Origin: Eledone cirrhosa
Lineage: Eukaryota
Length of the DNA stretch: 64,000 nucleotides
Assembly (NCBI GenBank): GCA_964016885.1
Contig: OZ024741.1
Location: 295,554,001-295,618,000 of the forward strand
Direction of reading: 5' to 3'
The translations under genes were made by a program, and so were the position numbers. The notes below the pieces were generated by a model. The model did no database searches, was not told the origin of the DNA, and saw only the letters and a program-made list of their open reading frames with translations. This document shows positions 40,220-55,360 of this stretch, in pieces (the first letter of the stretch is position 1; each line of letters opens with the position of its first letter).

Positions 40220-41457
40220 ATAGCTGAATCTATGGTAGAACTAGAGAATAAATTCCAAACCTGGAAGCAGGGACTAGAGAGAAAGGGCCTCAAAGTCAAC
40301 ATGACAAAGACTAAGGTCCTTATAAGTAGACGAGAAAACAGAACCCAGATCCCCTCAGGGAAATGGCCTTGCTCAGTATGTAGGAAAGGTGTAGGTAGGA
40401 ACTCCATTCTTTGCCCCAAATGCAAACAATGGGTACACAAGAGATGTAGCGGGATCTCAGGAAGCTTAATTAAGAATGTAGGATTCACATGCAGCAGCTG
40501 TGCTGAAACAGCAAGCAAACAGCCACAGGAAACAAGTACCACCAATCTCTGGGAGGGCCCTGTAGAAACAGTAGACAGCTTCTGCTACCTAGGTGACCGA
40601 ATTAGCAACGGAGGTGGGTGCTCAGAAAGTACAATAACTAGGGTAAGAACGGGATGGAAGAAGTTTAGGGAACTACTACCACTGCTAGCTGCAAAAGGCT
40701 TCTCCCTCAGAATGAAAGGCAGACTGTATGATGCGTGTATCCGAACAGCGATGTTGCATGGTAGTGAGACCTGGGCGCTGAAGGTGGAAGACTTACGTAG
40801 ATTAGAGAGAAACGAAGCCTGCATGCTCCGATGGATGTGTAACAGTAATATACGTGAACGACAAAGCATAAATGAATTGAGAGAGAGACTGAGCATAAGA
40901 GGAATCAAATGCTGCGTGCAGGAGAGGCGGTTACGCTGGTATGGACATGTGATGCGTATGAAGGATGACAGCTGCATAAAAAGGTGCAGAGCACTAGAAG
41001 TTGATGGAAACCGCGGAGTGGGGAGACCCAAGATGACTTGGGATGAGGTGATAAGAGCCGACCTTACCCAACTACACCTCTCAAAGTCAATGACACACGA
41101 CCGTGACTTCTGGCGTCACGCAGTAATACAGGGTACCCGACCTCCCATGGGTACATGCTGAAGCATATAAACAATATGCCCCCCCCCCCACCGCAAGGTG
41201 GTCGTGGAGGTGCCACGGCAAAAAAGCACCCAGCCCACACTGTAAAGTGGACGTGTAGGCGCCACGAAAAAGCACCCAGCACTCACTGTAAATGAGGTTG
41301 GTGTTAGGAAGGGCATCCAGCTGTAGAAATCAAGCCAGATCAGTTCCTGTATGAGCAAGGCATGGTCAGCCGACCAGACACTGCCCACAACAGGACAACC
41401 CGTCTAACCCATGCTAGCGTGGAAGAACGGACGTAAAACGGTGATGATGATGATGAT
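40220..41457 (+). mobile_element. Young RTE-type LINE, 5'-truncated, copy 1
   Basis: Open frame to 41161 with Cys-rich PHD-like insert (CSVC..CPKC..HKRC..CSSC), FCYLG and RLRWYGHV; (GAT)n tail. Confidence 0.93.
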
Positions 41458-41499
41458 ATATATACATATACATATATATAAATACATACACTTATATCA

Positions 41500-41891
41500 T
41501 CATCATCATCATCATCATCATTTCATTTTACGTCCGCTTTTTCCCTGCTTGCAAGGGTGGGACGGGAACTGATTCTGGCTTGATTTCTACAGCTGGATTC
41601 CCTTCCTAACACCAACCTCATTTACAGTGAGTGCTGAGTGATTTTTTCCCATGGCGCCTACACATCCACTTTACAGTGAGTGCTTGGTGCTTTTTTGCGG
41701 TGGCACCTCCATGACCACTTTGCAGTGGAATGATAGGGAACCGAGTCCTATCATCTCATTTCTACAGCTGAGTAAACTGGAGCAATGTGAAATAAAGTGT
41801 CTTGCTCAAGGAAACAACACATCACCTGGTCTGAGAATTGAACTCACAACCTTTTGATTGCAAGCCCAATGCTCTAACCACTAAGCCATGT
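41500..41891 (-). mobile_element. CORE-SINE with RTE-derived 3' tail
   Basis: Reverse complement of 57033-57365. Confidence 0.8.
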
Positions 41892-41926
41892 ATATAGATA
41901 TATACATATATATAGATATACATATA

Positions 41927-44018
41927 ATAATAATAATAATGGCTGCCCCCTCGTTATCGAGTATGGCCATTGCACGAGGAGAAAGAAAAAAAAAATAATA
42001 ATAATAATAATAATAAATAAATAAAAAGAAAATAAAAATTTTAAAAAAATTTTAAAAAAGAAATATATATATATATATACATATACATACACATATACAC
42101 ACACACACACACTCACACACACATATACACACACACATACATTAATAACAATAATAATAATAATAATCATAACAACAATAATAATAACGACAACAACAAT
42201 AATAATATACATATACATATATATATACACACACACGCACACACATAAGCATATCTACACACACACGCACACACACACGATAGCAACTAACAGCGCTGCA
42301 ATCGAATGTGGCTTTTTAGCCCAGCCAATGATCTAAAATGTCTTGCACAGAGTCGGCAACCAAAACATTCACTGGGAATAGTCGGCTGTGGTTGGAGTTC
42401 ATGTACTTTTGCATGTCCCTTGAGCCCTCCTGCTGATTTACATTCTCTACCACATGTTTGGCAAGCATGATGAGTAGCATCTCCAACAGCAGCCTGGTAG
42501 TCAACCACTGGTCTTACTTTATGACTGCGAAGATGACTTTCGAGTCCAGCTTTGCTTAGGCAGAGTTTCGCACATACGCTGCATGTCAGCACCATAGGAG
42601 GACCCTCGCCGTCTGGAAGTGCAACAGCAATGCCCTTCCTCACATCCCGCTTCACTTTCTCATATGCGATTCGAGATGCCTCAAAGGCAACTTTTCCCTC
42701 ATATACAGTCTTTCTCCATTTATTACGATCAGCAGCAATATTTTCCCATGTATCAGCAGAGGTGTTAACGTCTTTCAGAGGGGCTTTCAAGGAATCCTTA
42801 TACCTCTTTTTTGGTTTATGTGGCGGTCGTTTTCCTTTAACCAACTCTCCATAAAAGAGTTGTTTTGGTATTCTAGAATCCTTCATCCTGGCAAGGTGAC
42901 CACTCCAACGGAGTCGTTGCTTAAGCACAAGAGCTTCTATACTGTCACACATAGAGCTTTCCAAAATCTCGACAGCACTGATGTGGTCCCTCCAGTGAAC
43001 GCCATGGATCCGTCTGAGACATATCTGATGGAAACGCTCCAATTGCTTAAGGTGGTGTCGATATGTGACCCAGGTCTCGCAGGCATAAAGAAGACAAGAG
43101 AGCACACATGCCCTGTACACCTTTACCTTTGTCCTCCTGCATATATCTCGCCGACCCCAGAGTCGCCTTTCTAGCTTTCTGAAAGCATCACTTGCTTTCC
43201 TAATCCTAAGTGAGATTTCACTGTCAAGGTTGCTGTATCGATTGACAGTGCTTCCCAGGTAGACAAACTGATCAACCACTCCAAGTCGTTTGCCATACAC
43301 ATAGATGTTTGGTTCAGTGTACTGCTTACCAGGGGCAGGTTGGTACATGACGACGGTTTTCTTGAGACTGACAGTCAGACCTAGGGCAGTGCAAGCGTCA
43401 GAAAATGTATTCAAAATGTGCTGCATATCACTCTCTGTGTGCGCTACAAGATCGCAATCATCTGCATACAAGAGGTCTCTTATGATTGATGTAAATACTT
43501 TTGTCTTCGCAGCAAAGCGCCTGATGTTAAATATGCTGCCTGAGGTTCGATATCGGATGTAAACAATTCCTGAATTCAATACAGAAAACCATTGCAAAGT
43601 ATATGGCAAACAGGGTCGGTGCTGGAATATCCCCCTGTTTCACTCCATTTTTTACTGAGATAGGCTCCGACATGTTACCCCCGACATTAACCCAAGCCTT
43701 CATGTCGTCATGGAAAGACCTAACTAAAGCAAGGAACTTATCAGAGCAACCAAGTTTCTGGAGAACCTTCCATAATGCATCTCTGTTAACAGTATCGAAA
43801 GCTTTTGTCAGATCGACAAAAACCTGATACAGATCCAAGCCTTGTTCCATGCACTTCTCCTGGAGCTGTCTAGCTGAGAAGATCATATCAGTAGTGCCGC
43901 GTCCAGCACGAAAACCAGATTGACTTTCAGGAAGAACACAATCTGCAATGTGTGTCAGCAGACGGTCCAGAAGCACCCTACATAAAACTTTCCCTACGAC
44001 AGAAAGCAATGATATACC
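41927..44018 (-). mobile_element. RTE-clade LINE, 5'-truncated, with reverse transcriptase and three C2H2 fingers
   Basis: [33 protein letters not shown]; one frameshift near 43580; probable (ATT)n tail near 41927. Confidence 0.9.
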
Positions 44019-44209
44019 TATACATATACATATATATATACATATATATATACATACATATATACATATATACATATATACATATATATATATATATACA
44101 TAAACACACACATATATATATATACACATATACATATATATATATACATATATATATATGTATATATATATATATACATATGTATATACATACATATATA
44201 TTCATATGC

Positions 44210-44241
<32 letters not shown>

Positions 44242-44361
44242 GCATATATATATATATATACACATATACGTATATATATATACACATATACATATATATA
44301 TACATATACATATATATATATATACATATATATATATACATATAGATATATATATATAAAT

Positions 44362-44472
44362 TGAAATAAAATGAAAACGAAATTTCATTTTTCACTCTTA
44401 GTATGGCACTTACTTAAATGTAAGTATGCATGTATACGTACATACATATATGTATACAGACGTACAGTAGCA

Positions 44473-44551
<79 letters not shown>

Positions 44552-44703
44552 ATGCATACAGGTACACATACATATATGCACGTATCAGTTTAGCGGACGC
44601 TTATTATAACGCCGCTTTGTTCGTTTGTAAACAAACTGAACAGCCTGAATTTATGCCATACGGTGTTAAGGCAACCACGTCACCTTTTTGTTCAACACTG
44701 ACA
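44362..44703 (-). mobile_element. Relative of the 4141-4797 cassette, starting just 3' of the HHR position
   Basis: Shares aaacgaaatttcattt.tcactcttagta, gtttgtaaacaaac and ttgttcaacactgaca. Confidence 0.65.
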
Positions 44704-44713
44704 CATATATATG

Positions 44714-44745
<32 letters not shown>

Positions 44746-44781
44746 CATATATATATACATATACATATATATATATACATA

Positions 44782-45682
<901 letters not shown>

Positions 45683-45824
45683 ATACATATACATATATAT
45701 ATACATATACATATATATATTTATATACATATATATATACATATACATATACATATACATATATATATATACATATATATACATATACATATATATTTAT
45801 ATATACATATATATATATATATAT

Positions 45825-45909
<85 letters not shown>

Positions 45910-46550
45910 GGCTGATTCAAGGAGCGTTTCCTGAACCACCAGTCTACCTTCAGATACCCGGACAGACGTTCATCCACGAAACTCGCGAGCCATGTATGGT
46001 CCCTCAAGGACTCAAGTATAGGCTACTCCATTCAATGGAAAGCCATCACTAAGTCCAAGCCATACGCAAGGGGAAATCCGATGTGTGGCTTATGTATCGA
46101 CGAACGAATAACTATCCTAAAGAGATTACGCAATAGTGATTGCCTAAACACGAGAAGTGAATTTTTCACACGGTGTCCACACGTCACCAAACATCTATTG
46201 CATAACTACAAGGCTCCGGACTGATTCTTTGTAATTTTATTTTTAATTTTATTTTAATTTTATTTTCAACCTAAAAACTTTCCGGACTTTCGCAGTTATC
46301 TCCCTTACACCTCTCGCACGCAGTCTAGTATTGCCTGTGTGAAATGACCAAGTTTCTGCGCATGCGCGTTCGTACGGTTGTCCTTCCTGTTCCTATAACC
46401 ATACACATCCCGAGCTGAAGATCCGCTAAGGTGAAACAATTGTTCTCGGTATGGTGAACTAACTGTTGTTTAACCACTTCTATCTAACTCGTCCCATGGA
46501 CTGAGTGCTCTACCACTACGGACATTACCTTCCAGTGTTCCACCACTATA
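45910..46550 (+). mobile_element. Naiad-like Penelope element 3' fragment (GIY-YIG C-terminus plus pLTR)
   Basis: [14 protein letters not shown]...[11 protein letters not shown]...IQWK...CGLCIDE...LNTRSEFFTRCPH, stop at about 46224; not in the ORF track. Confidence 0.85.
46410..46449 (+). ncRNA. Minimal hammerhead ribozyme (palindromic AACAATTGTT stem III)
   Basis: ccgag-CTGAAGA-tcc gctaa ggt-GAAAC-aatt-GTT-ctcgg; extendable by ccata/tatgg. Confidence 0.85.
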
Positions 46551-46553
46551 TAC

Positions 46554-46628
<75 letters not shown>

Positions 46629-46711
46629 CATCAGTTCCCGTCCCACCCTTGCAAGCAGGGAAAAGGTGGACGTAAAATGAAATGATGATACATATATATA
46701 TACATATACAT

Positions 46712-46761
<50 letters not shown>

Positions 46762-46770
46762 TACATATAT

Positions 46771-46883
<113 letters not shown>

Positions 46884-46884
46884 C

Positions 46885-46945
<61 letters not shown>

Positions 46946-47432
46946 CTCACACACACACATATGTATATTTATATATATATGTGGTGGTGCGTGGTGTGTA
47001 CATATATATATATGTATATATCGTATATATCTATCTAAAATCTGTACTAATAATATCTATCTATCTATATCTATATATACAGATACATAGATATTATTAG
47101 TACAGATTTTAGATAGATATAGATAGATAGATAGATATACGTGTATATATATATATATATATGGGCATACATGCATAAACATTCCCATATAAACTTATAT
47201 ACACCACACACACACACAAACACCAACACACGCGCACACCCACACACAAACGATGGACCTCAAGGGGCTATTAGTAATATTAAATATTATAGAAAATTGT
47301 TCCACACTTCACTGACTGATGACATTAACAACTTTATACATTTAACAAATATATATATGTGCCTATATATGTGTGTGTATGTCTCCCCCCCCCCCACTCT
47401 CTCTCTCTTTCTCTCACTCTCTCTTTCTCTCA

Positions 47433-47531
<99 letters not shown>

Positions 47532-47739
47532 CGTGTATGTGTGTGTATGCATATATGCATGTGCATGTGTGTGAGGATGATGGTAATGATACATATATTG
47601 AAATATATACAATTACATGCAATTGTATACATCCATTCATTTATTTCAATGTTCAATGCTTTTAAAATCTTTTTCTTCCTCAACTAACTTTATGGCACTA
47701 TCAGCATTAAGTCCTTCATTTTAAGTCAAAAAGAAGTAG

Positions 47740-48640
47740 TCACGGTTGTAGGACAGCATTCTTCACCCTTGGGTACCACAGGGATCTACTCTGGGTCCCC
47801 TTTTGTTTATTGCATATATTAATGACAGATAACAACTTAAAAAATGCCACAGTGCTAAAATATGCAGATGACATCAAGCTGCACCTTAAGATAAAAAGGA
47901 CAAATCCAGAACATCGTAGATCTTTCCTGCAATCAGCCCTGGACACAATGCAGCAACTCAAGCTGGCTGTGGACAAGTGTACCACCAAGCATTTTGGGAG
48001 GAAAAACCCAGCGATCACATACTCCCTCCACAATACCAATCTCAAAAAGTCTTCTTGTGAACATGACGTGGATATTATTGTCAACAGCAATTTCTGTTGG
48101 ACAAAGCACATTTCTAAAATTATCAAGAAGGCTAAGGATGTCTTAGCATCATTCAACAACACCTTTGTCAGCCACTCTCCAGCAATCTATTTAAAGCTGT
48201 ATATAGCTATGGTTCGCTCACATATAAAATTTGCATCACCAGTCTGGAACACCTATCTTGCTCAGAGTTTGATCTCCTGCAAACTGTTCAGAAACATGCA
48301 ATGAAACGAATACCTTCCATTAGGCATCTACCATATCTGAACGCCTTGCTTCCCTGGGCGTGGATACATTAAAACTTTGCATCTGAAAACTGACTTGGTA
48401 GACACCTACAAGATTATTAACCATCTTTCCAACAACAACCCAGATCACCTTTTTAAATTCCATGCGACGGACACCCATGGATATGCTTACAAAATCAGAA
48501 AACAGCACAGCTCCCATGACTTTCGGAAACATTTTTTCATGCTCAGAGTTGCTGAAGCATGGAACAAACTACCTGCATCAGTTGTTAGGTGCTGAAACAC
48601 TGCATCCTTCAAAATATCCACACTACACTTGATATTCCCC
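47740..48640 (+). mobile_element. CR1/L2-type LINE 3' remnant
   Basis: VPQGSTLGP, KYADDIKL, RKHFFMLRVAEAWNKLPASVV; frameshifts. Confidence 0.8.
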
Positions 48641-48734
48641 TTCCATACACATGCACGCATGTGTCTGTGTATCTCATGAAAGTAGAAACAATTATTATTA
48701 TCTCCCCTCCCTCTCCCCCTCCCGCATCCCCGGT

Positions 48735-49563
48735 CTCAAAGAGTCAATCAAAGAGATGAAGAATGGTAAAGCTACGAGACCATCAAAGATAGTTGCTGGG
48801 GTGCTAAAATCCTCGGGAGTAATAACCTGTTTAGTCAATCAGGTAATACGTGACGAAATCATACTCATTGAGGGGCACAGCAGCACAATTATAAATTGCT
48901 ATAAGGGCAAAGGTGGTGCTCTAGAAAGGAGCAACTACAGAGGAATAAAACTAATGTATCAAGTTATGAAAGTAACAGAAAGCGTTATAATGCAGCTAAT
49001 TAGGGAAGAAGTCAAATTATATGAGATGCAGTTTGGTTTTATGTCTGGGAAAACTACTACAAATGCCCTCTTCTTAGTGAGGCAACTACAGGAGAAGTTC
49101 CTAGTCAAGAATAAGCCACTGTACTTAGCTTTTGTTGATCTAGAAAAGGCCTTTAACAGAGTACCACGTTTCTGGTGGTCCTTAAGGAAATTAGGTGTAG
49201 AAGAATGGCTTGTGAGAACAGTGCAAGCCATGTACAGAGGAGCTGTCAGTAAAGTGAGAGTAGGAAAAGAGTTTAGTCAGGAACGGTACATGTAGGAGTT
49301 TATCGAAGTTTGGTTCTAAACCCACTGCTGTTCAGAGCCTCAGTGATATAAACCTTTTCAATCAAAGAAAAGGTCCATAGAAGTGGTTGATAGCTTCTTC
49401 TATCTACATGGCCTAATTAGCAGCAGAGGAGGGTGTTCTGAGAACATAATAGCAAGAATAAGGATATGATGGAAAAAATTTAGAGAGTTAATCGCACTGT
49501 TGACAACAAAAGGTTTCTCCCTATGTACAAAAGGACGACTGTATGATGCCTGTGTGTAAAGTG

Positions 49564-49565
<2 letters not shown>
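48735..49565 (+). mobile_element. Older degraded RTE LINE RT fragment
   Basis: NYRGIKL, QFGFMSGKTTT, AFVDLEKAFNRVPR; internal deletion. Confidence 0.85.
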
Positions 49566-49617
<52 letters not shown>

Positions 49618-49618
<1 letters not shown>

Positions 49619-51129
49619 TCATCATCATCATCATCATCATCACCGTTTTACGTCCGTTCTTCCACGCTAGCATGGGTTAGACGGGTTGTCCTGTTGTGGG
49701 CAGTGTCTGGTCGGCTGACCATGCCTTGCTCATACAGGAACTGATCTGGCTTGATTTCTACAGCTGGATGCCCTTCCTAACACCAACCTCATTTACAGTG
49801 AGTGCTGGGTGCTTTTTCGTGGCGCCTACACGTCCACTTTACAGTGTGGGCTGGGTGCTTTTTTGCCGTGGCACCTCCACGACCACCTTGCGGTGGGGGG
49901 GGGGCATATTGTTTATATGCTTCAGCATGTACCCATGGGAGGTCGGGTACCCTGTATTACTGCGTGACGCCAGAAGTCACGGTCGTGTGTCATTGACTTT
50001 GAGAGGTGTAGTTGGGTAAGGTCGGCTTTTATCACCTCATCCCAAGTCATCTTGGGTCTCCCCACTCCGCGGTTTCCATCAACTTCTAGTGCTCTGCACC
50101 TTTTTATGCAGCTGTCATCCTTCATACGCATCACATGTCCATACCAGCGTAACCGCCTCTCCTGCACGCAGCATTTGATTCCTCTTATGCTCAGTCTCTC
50201 TCTCAATTCATTTATGCTTTGTCGTTCACGTATATTACTGTTACACATCCATCGGAGCATGCAGGCTTCGTTTCTCTCTAATCTACGTAAGTCTTCCACC
50301 TTCAGCGCCCAGGTCTCACTACCATGCAACATCGCTGTTCGGATACACGCATCATACAGTCTGCCTTTCATTCTGAGGGAGAAGCCTTTTGCAGCTAGCA
50401 GTGGTAGTAGTTCCCTAAACTTCTTCCATCCCGTTCTTACCCTAGTTATTGTACTTTCTGAGCACCCACCTCCGTTGCTAATTCGGTCACCTAGGTAGCA
50501 GAAGCTGTCTACTGTTTCTACAGGGCCCTCCCAGAGATTGGTGGTACTTGTTTCCTGTGGCTGTTTGCTTGCTGTTTCAGCACAGCTGCTGCATGTGAAT
50601 CCTACATTCTTAATTAAGCTTCCTGAGATCCCGCTACATCTCTTGTGTACCCATTGTTTGCATTTGGGGCAAAGAATGGAGTTCCTACCTACACCTTTCC
50701 TACATACTGAGCAAGGCCATTTCCCTGAGGGGATCTGGGTTCTGTTTTCTCGTCTACTTATAAGGACCTTAGTCTTTGTCATGTTGACTTTGAGGCCCTT
50801 TCTCTCTAGTCCCTGCTTCCAGGTTTGGAATTTATTCTCTAGTTCTACCATAGATTCAGCTATGAGTGCGAGGTCATCAGCATACAGGAGTTCCCATGGG
50901 CATCCGGTCTTAAACTCCTCCGTTATTGCCTGCAGGACTATGATGAACAGGAGAGGGCTAAGAACAGAGCCCTGGTGGACCCCAACCTGTACGCTAAATT
51001 CCTCGCTATACTCATTGCCAATCCTAACTTTGCTGACTGCTCCCCTATACATGGCTTGTACCGCTTTCACAAGCCATTCATCTACTCCTAGTTTTCTAAG
51101 AGCCCACCAGATTACTGCACGTGGAACTC
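49618..51129 (-). mobile_element. Young RTE-type LINE, 5'-truncated, copy 2 (longest)
   Basis: GVHQGSVLSPLLF, LLYADDLAL, PHD-like insert; near-identical to copy 1. Confidence 0.95.
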
Positions 51130-52489
51130 ATATATATATATGTGTGTATATATACATAATGACCATTTAGCATCTATTTTCCATGCATGGGTTAGATAGT
51201 TTGTTCTGGGACTAGACCAATATGGTGACAATGTCTAGCTTATACCTACCATTTTTAGCATGGTTTCTACAACTACATACTCTTACTACCACCAACCACT
51301 TTACAACATGTACTGGGATGATTTTATCATGATGCCATCTCTACATCCTTACAGGGAAGGCTGAACGTTTTTTATTGTGGCACCTGCACTAACATTTTCA
51401 TAGTATTTGCTGGAAGCATTTTGTCATAGCCCCAAACACTACAACTTTACAGAGTGGACTGGGTGCATTTTATCATGGTACCAGTAGAGACATACATTCT
51501 AAATTTGATGGGTAGAAAAGATTTCAGTCATCGAAAATTATCCATGAAATTTCAAGACCAAAAAACTATTGATGATTGATGATCAAATGCATGATAGCAA
51601 ACAGGGGAGCGAACTCCTACAGTATGAGCTAATCCAAATTTTTGTCTCTTAGTTGAGTAATGATAAAAACACCCTAGCAGTAATTGTTACTAATTCTCAA
51701 AGAAAATGGAAAATAATAGCAAAACATTATGAATCTACTTCAAAGAATATTGACCGGTTGACTGCTGCATATATTTTACACAGCTACAGTTGCTGTGCTG
51801 GGTTGTTGTTGTTTTTTCATTAAAATGACTATTTTTTTAAACAAACATTTAACAACACATATCTGAATGATTGACAAAGGTCACATCAATAAACTAGTAA
51901 CCCCATCTAGCTTTGAAGTTATGAACTGTTGGAAACGATTTCATAACTTTGAAGTTATGAACTGTTGGGAAAGAATTCAAACATGTTAGGATCTCAGCTA
52001 CAGAACTGAAGAGGTTAAAGATAGACAAAACCAAAACACTTCATAGTTGTTACCTTGCCTGCAAACAAGCATCAGATGTTTTTACTCCTAAGTATGAACA
52101 TTTTGTGTTTGGTGAAATCGATTCTTACTCTCAGGTCCTAAATAAAAGGGGTGTTGAAATAAGTAGAGGAAGAAATCGCTAATTTTTATAGGTTATCTTC
52201 CTTGATGTTTTTTTAAAAAAACAGAATTAGTTGTTTAGTTTACATTTTGAGACCTCCACCCATTCTGTTTATTTTATAACATATGAGATTTCTTGTAATG
52301 CTTTTTTTGTCATGTATAATGTTTTTTAATGTCTAAAGAAAATTGTTGCAGGAATGCTACCACTTAAAATAAAATTTTGCCAGAGATAGATTAGCAAAAT
52401 TTATTAAGCAGAGTGTTTGGAATAAAAGAGGGGGCGGGGGCGGGGGGGGGGGGGGGGGTCTGAAAGATTAATGATGCAACTGACAATAC

Positions 52490-52690
52490 AAGACAAGACT
52501 CCTCCCTGGTCAAGATGCCAGTTGATCACAGGGTTAAACTCCAAGCTATTCCTGGTAGTCATTTTCAGCTGAGTATGCTAAAGCAACATGAAATGAAGTA
52601 TTTTGCTCAAGAACACAACAAACAATCTGGTCATGAAATAGAACCCACAACGTTATGATTGTAAGTTTAACACCCTTACCACAAGGCCGT
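52490..52690 (-). mobile_element. Degraded CORE-type SINE
   Basis: cattttcagctgagt...tgaaatgaagtattttgctcaagaacacaac. Confidence 0.6.
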
Positions 52691-53465
52691 GTTAAGTTTA
52701 TATTTTCTTTTTGCCTTTCTGCAATTATAAAGAGATTTTCATTTAATTTAGAATATTTTATGTACATTAATCAGTAAACCACACTTACTAGAAATATCTA
52801 AAATCATACATTCTTAATTTATTTCTCTAAGCTCACAATTTGTAATTTTAAAATTATAGTGGCCAAATTTCTTCACAACATATTTTCTATACACTGTTCA
52901 AAGACTAAACTTCGCTGATGAGACCTAATAAGGCTGGAATATATTCATAGCTAACAACTTGCTAACTAACAAAAATACATTTTTCAGAAAGATTGATTTT
53001 TAATTGCTCGAAATTTTCTCATCTTTCCATTTGAGAACTGCTAATAATTTTCACTCAAGTTTTATTTTTTTCCTCTATCAAGACAAATTCTAATTTATTA
53101 AGATCTTCTTCCACACTACTCCCTACCCCTACTGAACTTCTCATACCCCCCCCCCCCCCCGCCACATAATTCTATAAGGAAGTTGTAATTAAAATAGATA
53201 TCTGATTAATCGACACATTGGAGCTTCACCACACAATAGAGTCAGCTGACACAGTCATACTTATACACAGCCAAGCATGCTAATGAGTATATCTTACACA
53301 CAGATTAAATATATCATCATCATCATTTAACGTCCATTTTCCACACTAGCATGAGTACATATATATATGTATGTATATATACATGTATATATACATGTAT
53401 ATATACTCATATAGGCAATGCTAATGAATCTTAATCACACAGAAAAAAGATATATGTAGACATAT

Positions 53466-53538
<73 letters not shown>

Positions 53539-53923
53539 CAGAGTTTTTCCCAATACACTGAAGTAATATATCATAATATAATATGTGAGATTAGGACAGT
53601 TCACCTATATATCACTCCTCCCCTGACATACTTCTGTGTGTGTGTGTGCGTGTGTGTGTGTACGTGTGTGTCTGCATGTGTGTGAAAGTGTGTGTGTGTG
53701 TGAGTGTGCATGTGTGTGCATGTGAGGGAGTGGGTGTGTAAGGACATCACTTTTTAGTCAAGGAGGAAAGCATTACTTTTTGAGGGCCTTAGATATTGGT
53801 GGGAGAGAAAGAGGGAGGTAGCTTCAAAGAAAAGAGCTGGCCCAAATACTTGTAAAATAATAGACTCTGCTAAAAGAAACCATGCAAGCATGGAAAGGTG
53901 GACTTAGAACTGAGATATATATA

Positions 53924-54001
53924 CAGGGTGTCCCAAAAAATGTATATACACTTCAATAGCATTCTAATAAAAGTATGTATACATATTTTTTGGACACCCT
54001 C
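53924..54001. mobile_element. About 78-bp Tc1/mariner-type MITE
   Basis: TIRs cagggtgtcc / ggacaccct, TA flanks. Confidence 0.75.
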
Positions 54002-54039
<38 letters not shown>

Positions 54040-54096
54040 TGTATCATTATTCTATAAATTCTAATACAGTCTTCAAGACAACTTTGTTTATATATG

Positions 54097-54154
<58 letters not shown>

Positions 54155-54157
<3 letters not shown>

Positions 54158-54230
54158 GGTGTCCCCCAAAAATGTATACATATTTATTAGAATGCTGTTG
54201 AAGTGTATATACATTTTTGGGGACACCCTG
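54155..54230. mobile_element. Second MITE copy in opposite orientation
   Basis: TA-cagggtgtcccc...ggggacaccctg-TA. Confidence 0.8.
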
Positions 54231-54672
54231 TATATATATATATATATATTAAACACATACATTGGCATGTATGAAGTTCCTGGAAGACATAGTCAGGATC
54301 TTTTTATAGCTTCATGTGTTGATAGTATAAAGTCTGTATATCTGTCTGTGTAAAAGGTGTATGTATATTTCTGTGGTGTGCATGTGTGGCATGTGCATTT
54401 CTGTGTGCATGTGTGTGTGAGTGTGTACATATTTGTTTGTGTTAGTGTGCTTGTGATGTTCTCTCACATATCCATATCAATTCAAACAATTTAATGTCTG
54501 GGTAGGATTCAAAGATGAAAGAAACCTGTTCTTTTTACAATCCATTTCCAGCCCAGCATGGTGTTTTGTTACAAATATACTAGCCAAGTGCTGGTTGTAA
54601 AGGATTACCTAAGGTAGGAATACAGAAATAAATAAATAAATAATGAAGATGATGATGGTGTAAATAAATAAA

Positions 54673-54890
54673 TCATCATTTTACATCCGCTTTTCCCTGC
54701 TTGCAAGTGTGGGACGGGTCCTCTTTAGCACAGTATCTCTCCATTTGTCACAGTCCCTCGTTATCTCTTCTGTGAGCTTCAGCAATCTGAGGTCAGCTCT
54801 CATCACCTCCGCCCATGTTTTTCGTGGTCTTCCTCAACTGTGTCTTCCTTCCACCAGGATTTCTTGGCACTTCTTCACCCAGCTGCCATG
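54673..54890 (-). mobile_element. RTE LINE 3' fragment (second tail type)
   Basis: Minus strand RGRPRKTWAEVMRADL peptide; tail cccgtcccacacttgcaagcagggaaaagcggatgtaaaatgatgat. Confidence 0.7.
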
Positions 54891-54928
54891 TGCATCACAT
54901 GGTCAAATAAATAAATAAATAATAATAA

Positions 54929-55360
54929 TGGTAATGAGACATGGGCAGTGACTGCGGAGAACATGGAGAGGCTGGAGAGAAATGAGGCAAGCATGTTTCA
55001 ATGGATGTGCAATGGAAATGTATGTGAACGACAAAGCATGGATGATCTGAGGAAAAAACTGGGTATAAGAAGAATCAGAAGTAGTGTGCAGGAGAAGAGA
55101 CTGCGTTGGTATGGACATGTGATGTGCATGGATGATGATCATTGGGTGAAGAAGTACCAAATAATCCCAGTAGAAGGAAGCCACAGTAGAGGAAAACCAA
55201 GGAAGACCTGGATGGAAGGAGTAAGAGGTGACCCCCAGATCACTAAAGCTCATGGAGGAGATGACAAAAGAACGCAACAAGTTGAGAGGTGCTGTACATT
55301 AAAGGACCTGTCCAACCCATGCAAGTGTGGAACAATAGACGTATGATGATGATAATGATA
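54929..55360 (+). mobile_element. Older RTE LINE 3' fragment
   Basis: [24 protein letters not shown]; (GAT)n tail. Confidence 0.8.

Noticed and set aside
52905-52955. CTGATGA-gacct..aggct-GGAA hammerhead-like string
   Set aside because: GAAA is broken and no convincing stem I or III can be drawn
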